From Candidatus Binatus sp. (GTDB lineage: Bacteria; Desulfobacterota; Binatia; Binatales; Binataceae), in the NCBI RefSeq assembly GCF_030646925.1, contig NZ_JAUSKL010000027.1:1119-65118 (forward strand): 64,000 nt of DNA, read 5' to 3'. This document shows, one piece after another, positions 39,155-50,938 of the stretch. A model generated the notes under the pieces. That model was not told the origin of the DNA and ran no database searches. It saw nothing but the letters and a program-made list of their open reading frames with translations. How positions within the stretch are numbered: the first letter of the stretch is position 1; every line of letters starts with the position of its first letter. The position numbers and the translations under genes are program-made.

Positions 39155-40705
39155 ATGGGCCTCAAAGAAAATATCGAGCGACTCGAACAACTGAAGCGGG
39201 AAGCGGAAGCCGGCGGCGGCCCCGATCGGCTGAAGAAACAGCGCAGTGGCGGCCGCATGACGGCGCGCGAGCGCGTCGAATCCCTGCTCGACCCCGGCTC
39301 GTTCGTCGAACTCGACAAGTTCAAGACGCATCGCATCACCGACTTCGACATGGCCGCCAAGAAAATCCCGGGCGACGGCGTGATTACCGGCTACGGCACG
39401 ATCGGCGGGCGCCAGGTATGCATCTTCTCGCACGATTTCACGGTATTCGGCGGCAGCCTGTCGGGCGCGTTCGCGGAAAAAGTCTGCAAGGTGATGGACC
39501 TCGCGACCAAAACCGGATGCCCCGTGATCGGACTCAACGACGGCAGCGGCGCGCGCATTCAGGAGGGCGTGGTATCGCTCGCAGGATACGCCGACATTTT
39601 TTTGCGCAACGTGTTGTCGTCGGGAGTGGTGCCGCAAATCTCGGCGATCATGGGGCCGTGCGCCGGCGGCGCCGTGTATTCGCCCGCGATGACCGATTTT
39701 ATCGTGATGGTGCGCGACACCTCTTATATGTTCATCACAGGCCCCGACGTGATTCGCGCGACGACGCACGAAGAAGTCTCGATGCAGGAACTGGGTGGCG
39801 CGGATACTCATTCTCAGCGCTCGGGCGTGTGTCATCTCGAGGCCGACGACGATCAGGACGCGTTGCTGATGATTCGCGAACTGCTGTCGTTCATGCCGTC
39901 GAACAATATCGACGATCCGCCGTTTGTGCCGACCGTCGACGATCCGAATCGCAGCGACGTGGAACTCGACACCGCGGTGCCGGAGAATCCGAACAAGCCG
40001 TACGACATGGCCGATATTATCCGGCGCGTGGTGGACGACGGCCACTTCATGGAAATCCAGAAGGACTACGCGCACAACATGCTGATCGGGTTCGCGCGCC
40101 TCGGCGGCTACTCGGTCGGCGTGGTGGCGAATCAGCCGGCGTTTCTCGCGGGATGCCTCGATATCGACGCGTCGGTGAAGGCCGCGCGCTTCGTGCGCTT
40201 CTGCGATGCGTTCAACATCCCGCTCGTCACGTTCGTCGATGTGCCGGGATTTCTGCCGGGGACCGCGCAGGAGTTCAGCGGGATCATCCGCCACGGCGCC
40301 AAGCTGCTGTATGCGTTCTGCGAGGCGACGGTGCCGAAGGTCACGGTGATCACGCGCAAGGCTTACGGCGGCGCGTACGACGTGATGTCGTCGAAGCACA
40401 TTCGCGGCGATTTCAACTTCGCGTATCCGAGCGCGGAAATCGCCGTGATGGGTCCGGAGCAGGCGATCAACATCGTGTTCCGCAACGAGTTGGCGAATGC
40501 GAAGGACGCGGCCGTCGAGCGGACGCGGCTGGCCGATGATTATCGGAAAACATTTGCGAATCCATTCAAGGCGGCCGAACTTGGCTACGTTGACGAAGTG
40601 ATCATGCCGCGCGAGACGCGGTCGAAGGTTATCTCGGCGCTGAAAGCGCTCGAGAACAAGCGCGACAAGAATCCGCCGCGCAAGCACGGCAACATCCCTC
40701 TGTAA
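39155..40705 (+). CDS. pccB: propionyl-CoA/methylmalonyl-CoA carboxyltransferase (beta subunit)
   Basis: 516 aa. ...[17 protein letters not shown]...[22 protein letters not shown]...[16 protein letters not shown]...[15 protein letters not shown]. Confidence 0.9.
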   Translation: MGLKENIERLEQLKREAEAGGGPDRLKKQRSGGRMTARERVESLLDPGSFVELDKFKTHRITDFDMAAKKIPGDGVITGYGTIGGRQVCIFSHDFTVFGGSLSGAFAEKVCKVMDLATKTGCPVIGLNDGSGARIQEGVVSLAGYADIFLRNVLSSGVVPQISAIMGPCAGGAVYSPAMTDFIVMVRDTSYMFITGPDVIRATTHEEVSMQELGGADTHSQRSGVCHLEADDDQDALLMIRELLSFMPSNNIDDPPFVPTVDDPNRSDVELDTAVPENPNKPYDMADIIRRVVDDGHFMEIQKDYAHNMLIGFARLGGYSVGVVANQPAFLAGCLDIDASVKAARFVRFCDAFNIPLVTFVDVPGFLPGTAQEFSGIIRHGAKLLYAFCEATVPKVTVITRKAYGGAYDVMSSKHIRGDFNFAYPSAEIAVMGPEQAINIVFRNELANAKDAAVERTRLADDYRKTFANPFKAAELGYVDEVIMPRETRSKVISALKALENKRDKNPPRKHGNIPL

Positions 40706-40763
40706 TTGAATGAGGATCGTGAGCCGGCGCTGATAGTACACACGGGGGGCTGAAAAAAAGCTG

Positions 40764-42293
<1,530 letters not shown>

Positions 42294-42297
42294 CCAG

Positions 42298-42801
42298 ATG
42301 CGTTACGTCGCAACTATCGAGAGCATCGAGCACGAAATCGAGTTCGAGGAAGTCGGCGGCGGCATCTACGCGATCCAACTCGGCGAAAATCGCTACGAGG
42401 CGGACGTCCGCAAGGTGGGGCCAGCTTCGTTTTCGATTATGATCAATAATCGATCGTTCGACTTCGAAGTCGTGCGCGACGGCGAGGAGACGCTGGTCGC
42501 GTCGCGCAGCGGATCGACGCGATTGACGCTGATCGATCCGAGCCGGCGGACCGCGCGCGCCGGCGGGAAGCGGCGCGAAGTAACCGGGCGCGCGGAAATC
42601 AAGGCGGCGATGCCGGGGCGCGTCATAAACGTGTTGGTGGCGAAGGGCGACGAGGTCAAACGCGACCAGGGAATTATCGTGGTCGAAGCGATGAAGATGG
42701 AAAACGAAGTGAAATCGCCCAAGGCCGGCAAGGTGATCGAGGTGCGGGTGACGGCGGGCCAGACGGTGGAGAAAGGCGAACTGCTGATGGTAATCGAGTA
42801 G
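42298..42801 (+). CDS. biotin carboxyl carrier protein (biotinyl domain)
   Basis: Internal ATG of ORF 42193..42801. The C-terminal ...[20 protein letters not shown]... carries the AMKM biotinylation motif. Confidence 0.8.
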   Translation: MRYVATIESIEHEIEFEEVGGGIYAIQLGENRYEADVRKVGPASFSIMINNRSFDFEVVRDGEETLVASRSGSTRLTLIDPSRRTARAGGKRREVTGRAEIKAAMPGRVINVLVAKGDEVKRDQGIIVVEAMKMENEVKSPKAGKVIEVRVTAGQTVEKGELLMVIE

Positions 42802-42815
42802 CCGAGGCCAACGCC

Positions 42816-44501
42816 ATGTCCGAAGACGATCGTAAACTTTCGCGCAAGCTTTCGTCCGCCCGCAAAAACTGGGAGGAGCGCAAACTGGGTCCGAGCCTCA
42901 AGCGCGGCAAGGAGCGCAAGCCGAATTTCGTCACCAGTTCCGGAATCGAGATCAAGCGCGCGTACGATCCTGACGATCTGAACGGCTTCGATTTCGTGAA
43001 CGACCTCGGCTTTCCCGGCGAGTATCCGTTCACGCGCGGAGTGCAGCCCACGATGTACCGCGGGCGACTCTGGACGATGCGCCAGTACGCAGGTTTCGGC
43101 ACCGCGGAAGAATCGAATCGCCGCTATCGCTACCTGTTCGAGCAGGGGCAGACGGGACTCTCGGTGGCGTTCGATTTGCCGACGCAGATGGGCCGCGATT
43201 CCGACCATCCACTCGCAAGCGGGGAAGTCGGGCGCGTTGGCGTTTCGATTTGCTCGCTCGCGGACATGGAGACAATGCTCTCCGAGTTGCCGCTCGACAA
43301 AATTTCCACCTCGATGACGATCAACTCGACGGCGTCGATCCTGCTGGCGCTCTATCTGGTCGCGGCCGAACGGCGCGGCGTGAGTTGGGACAAAGTCAAC
43401 GGCACGATCCAGAACGACGTGCTCAAGGAATACGTGGCGCGCGGGACATACATCTATCCACCGCGCGGCTCGATGCGGATCATCACCGACATTTTCAGCT
43501 TCGCGTCGAAGGAAGTTCCGAATTGGAACACGATTTCGATCTCGGGCTACCACATCCGCGAAGCTGGCTCGACCGCAGCGCAGGAACTGGCGTTCACGCT
43601 CGCCGACGGAATCGCTTACGTGGATGCCGCGATCAAGGCCGGGCTCGAAGTCGATGCGTTCGCGAGCCGGCTCTCGTTCTTCTTCAACGTGCACAATAAC
43701 TTCTTCGAAGAAATCGCGAAGTTCCGCGCGGCGCGGCGGCTGTGGGCAAAAATCATGAAGGAGCGGTTTGGCGCGAAGGACGAGCGCTCGATGATGATGC
43801 GTTTCCACGCGCAAACTGCGGGCTCGACGCTGACGGCGCAGCAGGTGGACAACAACGTGGTCCGCGTCACGTTGCAAGCGATGGCGGCGGTGCTCGGCGG
43901 CGCGCAATCGCTGCATACGAACTCGAAGGACGAAGCGCTGGCGCTGCCGACCGAGAATTCGGTCCTGCTCGCGCTCAGGACTCAGCAGGTGATCGCGCAC
44001 GAGTCCGACGTCGGCAACACCGTCGATCCGCTGGGCGGTTCGTACTACGTAGAGCGGCTGACGACGGAACTCGAACAGAAGGCGACGGAGTACATCTCGC
44101 GCATCGACGATCTTGGCGGCGCGGTGGCGGCAATCGAGCGCGGATACATGCAGCGCGAAATTCAGAACGCGGCGTTTATTTATCAGCGCGAGATTGAAAC
44201 GAAGGATCGAATTATCGTAGGGGTCAACCAGTTTACCGGAGGTGGCGAACCGCCGGGCGACATTTTGCGGGTGAAGCCGGAAGTCGAAGAGCAGCAGCGG
44301 CGAAATGTCGCCAGGGTGCGGGCCGAGCGTGATCAACAGGCAGCGAAGGCGGCGCTCGCGCGGGTCGAGGCAGTGGCGAACAATGGCGAGAACCTGATGC
44401 CATCGATTATCGACGCGGTCCGCGCGTGGTGTACGCTCGGCGAGATCTCGGACGCGATGCGCCGCGTGTTCGGCGAATATAAGCCGGTCATCACCGTCTA
44501 G
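42816..44501 (+). CDS. methylmalonyl-CoA mutase, catalytic (TIM-barrel) subunit only
   Basis: 561 aa. [30 protein letters not shown]...[13 protein letters not shown]...[24 protein letters not shown]. It ends before a B12-binding domain. Confidence 0.9.
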   Translation: MSEDDRKLSRKLSSARKNWEERKLGPSLKRGKERKPNFVTSSGIEIKRAYDPDDLNGFDFVNDLGFPGEYPFTRGVQPTMYRGRLWTMRQYAGFGTAEESNRRYRYLFEQGQTGLSVAFDLPTQMGRDSDHPLASGEVGRVGVSICSLADMETMLSELPLDKISTSMTINSTASILLALYLVAAERRGVSWDKVNGTIQNDVLKEYVARGTYIYPPRGSMRIITDIFSFASKEVPNWNTISISGYHIREAGSTAAQELAFTLADGIAYVDAAIKAGLEVDAFASRLSFFFNVHNNFFEEIAKFRAARRLWAKIMKERFGAKDERSMMMRFHAQTAGSTLTAQQVDNNVVRVTLQAMAAVLGGAQSLHTNSKDEALALPTENSVLLALRTQQVIAHESDVGNTVDPLGGSYYVERLTTELEQKATEYISRIDDLGGAVAAIERGYMQREIQNAAFIYQREIETKDRIIVGVNQFTGGGEPPGDILRVKPEVEEQQRRNVARVRAERDQQAAKAALARVEAVANNGENLMPSIIDAVRAWCTLGEISDAMRRVFGEYKPVITV

Positions 44502-44616
44502 ATCGGAGTGATCGATTCGGACCAAGGGGGGCGCGCGGGACTTTCCGGCGCGAACGAAGATTCAGAAATCCACCAGTTTCCGCGGCACGCCCGCGCAATC
44601 AGCGGAGAATCCATAG

Positions 44617-45180
44617 ATGGGACCAGTTCCCAAGGGCGCTTTCTTGACCAAGGGCGCGGGCAGGCATCGCGAGAAACTCACTTCCTTCGAACTAGCGCTG
44701 CGCGCTGCAGGTATCGCGGAGTTCAACCTGGTGCGCGTCAAATCGATCTTCCCGCCCAATTGCAAGCTGCTGAGCCAGCAGGAAGGGATGAAATACCTGG
44801 CGCCGGGGCAGATCGTTTTTGCAGTGATGAGCGACAACGCCACCAACGAACCGCATCGATTGATCGCGTCGTCGGTCGGTGTCGCGATTCCCGCCAATCC
44901 GTCGCAGTACGGCTACCTCTCGGAGCATCACAGCTTCGGCGAGACCGATCAGAAGGCGGGCGACTACGCCGAAGACCTCGCGGCGTCGATGCTCGCGACG
45001 ATCCTCGGCGTCGATTTCGATCCGAATCTCAGCTACGACGAGCGCAAGGATATCTGGCGCGTGTCGGACAAGATCGTCACAACGCGCAACGTCACGCAGT
45101 CAGCGATCGGCGATCGCGACGGGCTGTGGTCAACGGTGGTCGCGGCGGCGGTGTTCGTCGATATGCCCAATGGGCGGTAG
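44617..45180 (+). CDS. pdaD: pyruvoyl-dependent arginine decarboxylase-like protein
   Basis: FLTKGAGRHREKLTSFELALRAAGIAEFNLVRVKSIFPP matches the PdaD N-terminus. The expected self-cleavage Ser is present as K-S rather than S-S. Confidence 0.7.
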   Translation: MGPVPKGAFLTKGAGRHREKLTSFELALRAAGIAEFNLVRVKSIFPPNCKLLSQQEGMKYLAPGQIVFAVMSDNATNEPHRLIASSVGVAIPANPSQYGYLSEHHSFGETDQKAGDYAEDLAASMLATILGVDFDPNLSYDERKDIWRVSDKIVTTRNVTQSAIGDRDGLWSTVVAAAVFVDMPNGR

Positions 45181-45234
45181 TCTGGCCGAGATTCGCGTTT
45201 GAACGGCCTGCGCCGCGCAGGTACGATCGCGCTT

Positions 45235-45483
45235 ATGGCAACTGAAATTCTCTACTGCGCAGTCTGAGGCTACAAGCCGCGCGCGGCCAGTCTGGCCGCA
45301 TCATTGAAAAGCAAGTTCGGCGAGGATGTGCAAATCACGCCGGGGAAATCGGGCCAATTCGACGTGATTGCCGACGGCCGCCTGATTTTCTCGAAGTCGC
45401 AATCGGGCCGGTTCCCGGTCGAAGATGAAGTCGAGGAAATCTTCGGCGCGATCAAGGACGGCAAGCAACCGCCCGCGAAATAG
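45235..45483 (+). CDS. SelW/Rdx-family selenoprotein (in-frame TGA = Sec at codon 11)
   Basis: Not in the ORF track. It reads ATG..MATEILYCAV-TGA(45265..45267)-GYKPRAASLAASLKSKFGEDVQITPGKSGQFDVIADGRLIFSKSQSGRFPVEDEVEEIFGAIKDGKQPPAK-TAG. The YC-x-x-U motif and G.F.V..DG.LI.SK...GRFP are the Rdx-fold pattern. Confidence 0.7.
45283..45299 (+). promoter_or_regulatory. putative bacterial SECIS hairpin
   Basis: GCGGCCA-GTC-TGGCCGC, a 7-bp perfect stem with a G/U-containing apical loop. It starts 16 nt after the TGA. Confidence 0.45.
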
Positions 45484-45506
45484 AGCTGGCGCTCAACGCG
45501 CATCCG

Positions 45507-46601
45507 CTATGGATGCATATCGAGGAAATCCTTGAAGCCGCTCTTGTCGTGCGGACCGAAGATCGCCATCTCGAGGATGCCCATCCCTTCGCGCGTGCCG
45601 AGCTTCGCCTTGCACACCGCCTGGATGTGCTGATGAATCAGGTCGCGCTCATCGACGTCGGCGGTCTTGAACGATTCGTAGGTTGATTCGTCGGGACCGA
45701 CGTACATCGCGTGCCCCCACTTCGGATGAAAATATCCGATGCCCTGCATGTAGAAGTTGTATAGCTGCTTGAGTTCGATGCGGCTTTCGCCGGCCTTGGG
45801 CGTTCGCAAAATGATCTCGGCGCTCTTCGCGTGGCGCGTATTCGGCGCATAGTTGACGTTGAAATCGACCGCGGTCGCGAGATCGAGCTCGGCGCCGGGC
45901 TCCGCGCGCGTGATCGCGCCGAATTCGTGCCATCGCGAGCCGTCGGCATAATCATTGACGTCGAAGTGCGTGCAGAGATCTTCGAAATTGGTTGGCGACC
46001 ACAGCCAATAGAATTGCGCCAGCGGATTGCCCGGCACGCCGGCCGGATCTGCCGGGCCGATGCCGCGCACGCCCCACGAGCGATCGCGCGATCCCCACAC
46101 TCGCGACGGGCGTGCATCGTATTTTTTGCCGCCGACGCTGAGGCTGCCCGAATAGCCGCCGTGCTGCGTGAAGCGCGTCAGATCCATCGTGATTCTCGGG
46201 CCGGTGCGCCGCGTGAAGCGCGGTTCCTCGATCGCGTTGGCGCGCGCCTCGAAGATGAGATCCGCCTTGATGGGATCCTTATCGACGCGGATGCGCATCG
46301 TGCGCATCGGCTTGACAATTTCGATCGAGATCGGCCCGACGCGCGTGTCGAGCCGATCATCGCCGAGCACCCGCGACGCGCGCACGCAATGCTGCACGCC
46401 GCCGGCAATCACGCTGAACGCGCAATCGATTATCCCGACATTGGGGTAGATGCCCATCGCGGCGGCGAAGTACGGCTCGCCCTCGCGGAAATATCCGTTG
46501 AAGAAAAAGCGGTCGTAAAAATTCCGGTCGCTGGTAAAAACCTGCTGCACCGGCTCGGGCGTCTGATGGATCGGATAGTCGTCGCCGCTGGTGATCATCA
46601 C
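45507..46601 (-). CDS. conserved hypothetical protein
   Basis: 364-aa ORF with normal, non-repetitive composition. I recognise no family. Confidence 0.6.
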   Translation of the reverse strand: MMITSGDDYPIHQTPEPVQQVFTSDRNFYDRFFFNGYFREGEPYFAAAMGIYPNVGIIDCAFSVIAGGVQHCVRASRVLGDDRLDTRVGPISIEIVKPMRTMRIRVDKDPIKADLIFEARANAIEEPRFTRRTGPRITMDLTRFTQHGGYSGSLSVGGKKYDARPSRVWGSRDRSWGVRGIGPADPAGVPGNPLAQFYWLWSPTNFEDLCTHFDVNDYADGSRWHEFGAITRAEPGAELDLATAVDFNVNYAPNTRHAKSAEIILRTPKAGESRIELKQLYNFYMQGIGYFHPKWGHAMYVGPDESTYESFKTADVDERDLIHQHIQAVCKAKLGTREGMGILEMAIFGPHDKSGFKDFLDMHP

Positions 46602-46701
46602 AAACTCTCCTTGCGCGCTGGTTCGGAGGCTAAATCAGAACGGCGCGCGCGGGCAAGCGCGGACCGCGATTAACGATCGCAAATGAGACTTCAGTGGCGC
46701 G

Positions 46702-47553
46702 TCACACGGCGAAAATTTCACTGAGGCGCGCCGGATCGATTCGCAGGCCGACGTAGAACGGGCCGAACTTCGCGTACGACGCGCTCGCCTCGTCGAAGCG
46801 CATCTCGTAAACGAGCTTTTTGAAGACGATCGGATCGTCGGCAAACAGATCCACGCCCCATTCCCAGTCGTCGAAGCCGATCGATCCGGAAATTATCTGC
46901 GTGACCTCGCCGGCGAAGCGCCGCCCGACCATCCCGTGCTCGTGCATCAGATGCTGGCGCTTCGCGATCGGCAGGCGGTACCAATTATCGGCGCCGTCGC
47001 GCTTCTTGTCCATCGGGTAGAAGCAGAGATACGGGCGATTCGGGATGCGCGGAAAGAGGCGCGGCGAAATTTTTTCACGCTGGCGGACGAGCTCCGCGTC
47101 GATCTCGGCTTTCCATTCGGGCGATCGCGGGCCGATGCCTTTCTCGATTAGCTTTTGATAGAGCGCAACGGTCGCTTCGTAAAGACCGATCTCGATGACT
47201 GACAGATAGGAAGTGGCCGGCTCGAGATAGTCGCTCAGCGCAAGCCGGGCGACGGCGAGTTCCGCATCCTTGAGCTGGTCGAAGCCGCGGCGGAAGTGGA
47301 CGAGCATCAGATCGCCCTTGTGCCCCAGCGCGGAGAAGAGCGCCGTCTCGCCGTCCTCGCGGCGCGACATCTCGTCGAATAATTTCGCCGCGTCGTTGAG
47401 CAAGGCTTCGCGGGCCGCATCGTCGAGCGCGCGCCACGCCGATCGCCGCACGCGAAACAATTGATGCAGGATGCTGTAGCCTTCCAGCGTGAGTGGCGCG
47501 GCGGGAAAATCAGCCGGTATCGTTTGCTCGCCTGTGCGGCGGTCGCTGCTCAT
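46702..47553 (-). CDS. chlorite dismutase-family protein (HemQ/ChdC-like coproheme decarboxylase)
   Basis: ...YLCFYPMDKKRDGADNWYRLPIAKRQHLMHEHGMVGRRFAGEVTQIISGSIGFDDWEWGVDLFADDPIVFKKLVYEMRFDEASA. Confidence 0.75.
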   Translation of the reverse strand: MSSDRRTGEQTIPADFPAAPLTLEGYSILHQLFRVRRSAWRALDDAAREALLNDAAKLFDEMSRREDGETALFSALGHKGDLMLVHFRRGFDQLKDAELAVARLALSDYLEPATSYLSVIEIGLYEATVALYQKLIEKGIGPRSPEWKAEIDAELVRQREKISPRLFPRIPNRPYLCFYPMDKKRDGADNWYRLPIAKRQHLMHEHGMVGRRFAGEVTQIISGSIGFDDWEWGVDLFADDPIVFKKLVYEMRFDEASASYAKFGPFYVGLRIDPARLSEIFAV

Positions 47554-47611
47554 GTGAGTAATCTAAATCTTTCGACAGCCGTTGTCGCGAGGTGCGAGCA
47601 TCACGTGATCG

Positions 47612-49003
47612 CTACACACCACGTCGATTGCTGGCGCACGCGCCGACCAGATTTTCCGCGACCTTCGGATTGGACGCCCAATGCGCGTGAACGTACGACG
47701 CCAGCACGTGGCGACGGCGATAGCCTTCGGCGAAAGCATTTGCGCCCCATCGCGGTTTGACATCGTAAATGCATTCGATCTCGTTTTCGCCTTCGTCGCG
47801 CCGCAAAGTCGAGTAGCGAAATTGATGACCGCGAAACGACGTACCCGCCGGCCCGAGGATAGATTCGCGCCGCGTCGTGATTTCTGCGTAGCCGAGCGCC
47901 TGCAAACGATCGGACATCACCGCGACGCCGGGAATGAGCGCCGCCATCGGCCACGTCGTTCCGTCCAGCGTGCGGATGCTTTCCGACAGGTACATCAGGC
48001 CGCCGCATTCGGCGTAAATCACTCCACCGCGCGCGGCGAACTTGCGAATCGCGTCGAGCATTTGAGCATTCGAGGAAAGCTCACGCGCGAGCGCCTCGGG
48101 ATATCCGCCGCCGAAGTAGAGGCCGTCGACGTCGGGCAGCGTGCGATCGCGGCTAGGCGAGAAATTCACCAGTTCGGCGCCCAGCGCGCGCAGCCGATTC
48201 AGGTTGTCCTCGTAGTAGAAATGGAACGCGTCGTCGAAGGCGATGCCGATGCGGCATTTTGCCTGCGTCGGCGATTGCGATGCGCGTTGCGCAACGTCGT
48301 CGAGCGGTGGCGCGGAACGCGCGATCGCCAAAATCGCGTCGAGATCGAGCCATTCGGCGGCAAGCCGGCCCCATCCGTCGAGCCGCGATTGCGGCACCGC
48401 GGCTTCGTCGGCCATCAGCAATCCCAGATGACGTTCGGGAAACGCGAGATCGCTTTGCTCGGGAAATCCGCCGACTATTGGAACTTCGGGCTCCGCCGCG
48501 CGGAGCAAATCGAGATGCCCGCGCGAGCCGACGCGATTGCAAATCAGTCCGGCAAGGCGGACCGCCGGATCGAAGCGCGCGAAGCCGGCCGCGATCGCTG
48601 AAATAGTGCGGGCGATGCCGGATGCGTCGTGCACCAGCAGCACCGGCGCGTCGAGCCATTTTGCGATCTCCGCGGTCGAACCTTCGTCGCTGGTCGGCGT
48701 CGCGGAATCGAACAGACCCATCATCCCTTCGATCACGGCGACATCGGCGCCGCGCGAGGCGTGCGCGAACGTCGCGACGACGCCGTCGCGATGCATCATC
48801 CAGCCGTCGAGGTTGTGCGAGCGAATGCCCGCCGCGCGTTGGTGATACGTGGGATCGAGATAGTCGGGACCGCATTTGAATGGCGCGACTTTGAGCCCGC
48901 GCGCCCTGAGCGCGCCCATCAACGCGACGGTCGCGGTCGTCTTGCCCACGCCACTGCCGGTGGCGGCAACGACGATTCGCGGAATGTCGAGCGCATTCGC
49001 CAT
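47612..49003 (-). CDS. cbiA: cobyrinate a,c-diamide synthase family amidotransferase
   Basis: VAATGSGVGKTTATVALMGALRARGLKVAPFKCGPDYLDPTYH..., with a C-terminal GATase region containing YAECGGLMYL. Confidence 0.85.
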   Translation of the reverse strand: MANALDIPRIVVAATGSGVGKTTATVALMGALRARGLKVAPFKCGPDYLDPTYHQRAAGIRSHNLDGWMMHRDGVVATFAHASRGADVAVIEGMMGLFDSATPTSDEGSTAEIAKWLDAPVLLVHDASGIARTISAIAAGFARFDPAVRLAGLICNRVGSRGHLDLLRAAEPEVPIVGGFPEQSDLAFPERHLGLLMADEAAVPQSRLDGWGRLAAEWLDLDAILAIARSAPPLDDVAQRASQSPTQAKCRIGIAFDDAFHFYYEDNLNRLRALGAELVNFSPSRDRTLPDVDGLYFGGGYPEALARELSSNAQMLDAIRKFAARGGVIYAECGGLMYLSESIRTLDGTTWPMAALIPGVAVMSDRLQALGYAEITTRRESILGPAGTSFRGHQFRYSTLRRDEGENEIECIYDVKPRWGANAFAEGYRRRHVLASYVHAHWASNPKVAENLVGACASNRRGV

Positions 49004-49060
49004 CGCGCCCGATTCTACTACATCGCGCGCCGCCGCGCCGCCGCAGCAAACCGGAGACGC

Positions 49061-50035
49061 CTAACCCAGCAGCAGCGGCAGGACTTCATTCACCAGGCGA
49101 TCGTATTGGCCGCGCTGATCCCACGACGTGATGCGCAGCGTGATCGACTTGGCGCCGTCGCGGATGAGCGCGCGCAAGTGATCGGCGCATTGCGCCGGCG
49201 TGCCGGCGGCGGTCCACGCCTCGACCATTTGCGGAGCGAAAACCGGCCCGTAGTAGAGATCGAGAAAGCGTTTCGATTCGTCGAGCGCAGCGTTGCGATC
49301 GGGATTTATATTGATGTTGTGATACGCGATATTCGGAAACGTCGCCGGGTCCTTGCCTTCATCCTTCAGATAATCGGACAGCTTCGACCACAGCGCGCCG
49401 AGCATCCCGGGAAAAATCTGCACCGTCATCCAGCCGTCGGCGATTCTAGCGACGCGCCGCAGCGGAATCTCAGATTGATTCGGCGGCGGATTCGCCGCGA
49501 TCCAGATCGGACACGGCTGCTGAATCGGGCGCGGAGTAATCGTGACGCCTTCGAACGAGCGATACTTGCCGGCGAAGCTCACGTTGTCCTCGTTCCAGAG
49601 GCGGCGGCAGATCGCGATGTTCTCCGCCATCCGATTTCCACGCTGGCCGTCCTTGATCCCAAAGACGCCCCCCTCTTTCGCGCTCACTCCGCCCGCGACA
49701 ATTCCGGTGCATGCGGCTAGCTGCATTCGGCCGCTGGAAATGAGATCGAGCGTGGCCCACTGGTACGCGAAAACGATCGGATCGCGAATCGGAAAGCTCG
49801 CCATGCATCCGACGCCGAGTCTGAGGCGCTCGGTCGCGCTGGAAAGTGCGCCCAGCAGCGCGATCGATTCGGGGCGCGGCTTGGCCATCACGGAGTCGCC
49901 GACCCAGATTGAATCGAACAGCGGATTTTTGTCGGCGTCGCGCGCGAGCGCGAGCATCTGCGGCCACGTCGCGATGTCGAAAAAGACGCCGCGCTGCGGA
50001 ATCGTGAAACCGAAACTTACTTTTCCGGTCGGCAT
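49061..50035 (-). CDS. luciferase-like (LLM) oxidoreductase
   Basis: 324 aa. ...FDSIWVGDSVMAKPR...RLRLGVGCMASFPIRDP... Confidence 0.7.
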   Translation of the reverse strand: MPTGKVSFGFTIPQRGVFFDIATWPQMLALARDADKNPLFDSIWVGDSVMAKPRPESIALLGALSSATERLRLGVGCMASFPIRDPIVFAYQWATLDLISSGRMQLAACTGIVAGGVSAKEGGVFGIKDGQRGNRMAENIAICRRLWNEDNVSFAGKYRSFEGVTITPRPIQQPCPIWIAANPPPNQSEIPLRRVARIADGWMTVQIFPGMLGALWSKLSDYLKDEGKDPATFPNIAYHNININPDRNAALDESKRFLDLYYGPVFAPQMVEAWTAAGTPAQCADHLRALIRDGAKSITLRITSWDQRGQYDRLVNEVLPLLLG

Positions 50036-50053
50036 CGTGATGCCTCCGTTGAT

Positions 50054-50824
50054 TTATTCCATTCGGATGCGCGCGCCTTGCAGCAGCGCCGGATCGAGCG
50101 AGGCCTTGCTACCGTTCGCGCTCGCCAGCACCACTTCATACACGGATTGACCGCGCTCGCGAATCCATCGCGCGAGCGGACCATCTTCCGTTTTGGACGC
50201 AAGCAGTTGCACTGCGTTCGATCCAATCTTGAAGCTGACGCCAGCGGCTTCGAGCTCGGGGCGATGCACCGGCAAGCCCGGTCGCCCGAGCACGCGCGCG
50301 TAGTAGCGACTGGTGTCCCCCGGATCTTCGACCGCGATCGCAAGAGTGCGAATGCCCGTGGCCCCGTTCGGATGCGAGCGATCGCGCGGAACGCGTTCGT
50401 CGCGCGGCGTGTCATCCTTGATAAGAAAAGGAACGCGCCCGTTGAAGGGCGGCTGCGGGATCGAAAGCACCCAACTGACACGGTAGCCGTCAGGCCGCTC
50501 GCGCGACATCGCAGACCGATCGCCCATCGCTGCGCCGGCGCGCCGCAATGCTTCGACATCGGCGCCAAGGTCGTCGGTCTGCATGCAGAAATCGATAATG
50601 CCGCCGCCCTTCTCGAGCGCGACTTGCCACGGATGCCCCGGCACCGGATTCAGGAATGCGATCAGCTCGATATAGGCGCCGTCGGCGAATACGATCAGCG
50701 CGTTGTGCGTGCCGATGTTATGCTTGCCGCCGCGCACGACGGTGAAGCCGGCCGCCGTGAAGCTCGCGATCGCGGATTCGAGTTCGCTCACGACGACGAC
50801 AAAATGATCGATGCCCTGGAACAT
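50054..50824 (-). CDS. VOC (glyoxalase/dioxygenase) family protein
   Basis: Start at MFQGIDHFVVVVSELESAIASF (50824), with two VOC-like halves. Confidence 0.65.
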   Translation of the reverse strand: MFQGIDHFVVVVSELESAIASFTAAGFTVVRGGKHNIGTHNALIVFADGAYIELIAFLNPVPGHPWQVALEKGGGIIDFCMQTDDLGADVEALRRAGAAMGDRSAMSRERPDGYRVSWVLSIPQPPFNGRVPFLIKDDTPRDERVPRDRSHPNGATGIRTLAIAVEDPGDTSRYYARVLGRPGLPVHRPELEAAGVSFKIGSNAVQLLASKTEDGPLARWIRERGQSVYEVVLASANGSKASLDPALLQGARIRME

Positions 50825-50938
50825 GGTGACCTCGGCGCGCAACTTGGGCGATGCGCACCTGTCCAATTACTAAACATCCGCGAGCGCCATCAAGTGAGGC
50901 GATCTCGACGCAGTGAGTGATTGCTAACGGATCGAGGT

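Noticed and set aside
42393-44525. 710-aa ORF on the - strand
   Set aside because: It is antisense to the biotin carrier and methylmalonyl-CoA mutase genes, has R/H/D-rich low-information sequence, and matches no family pattern.
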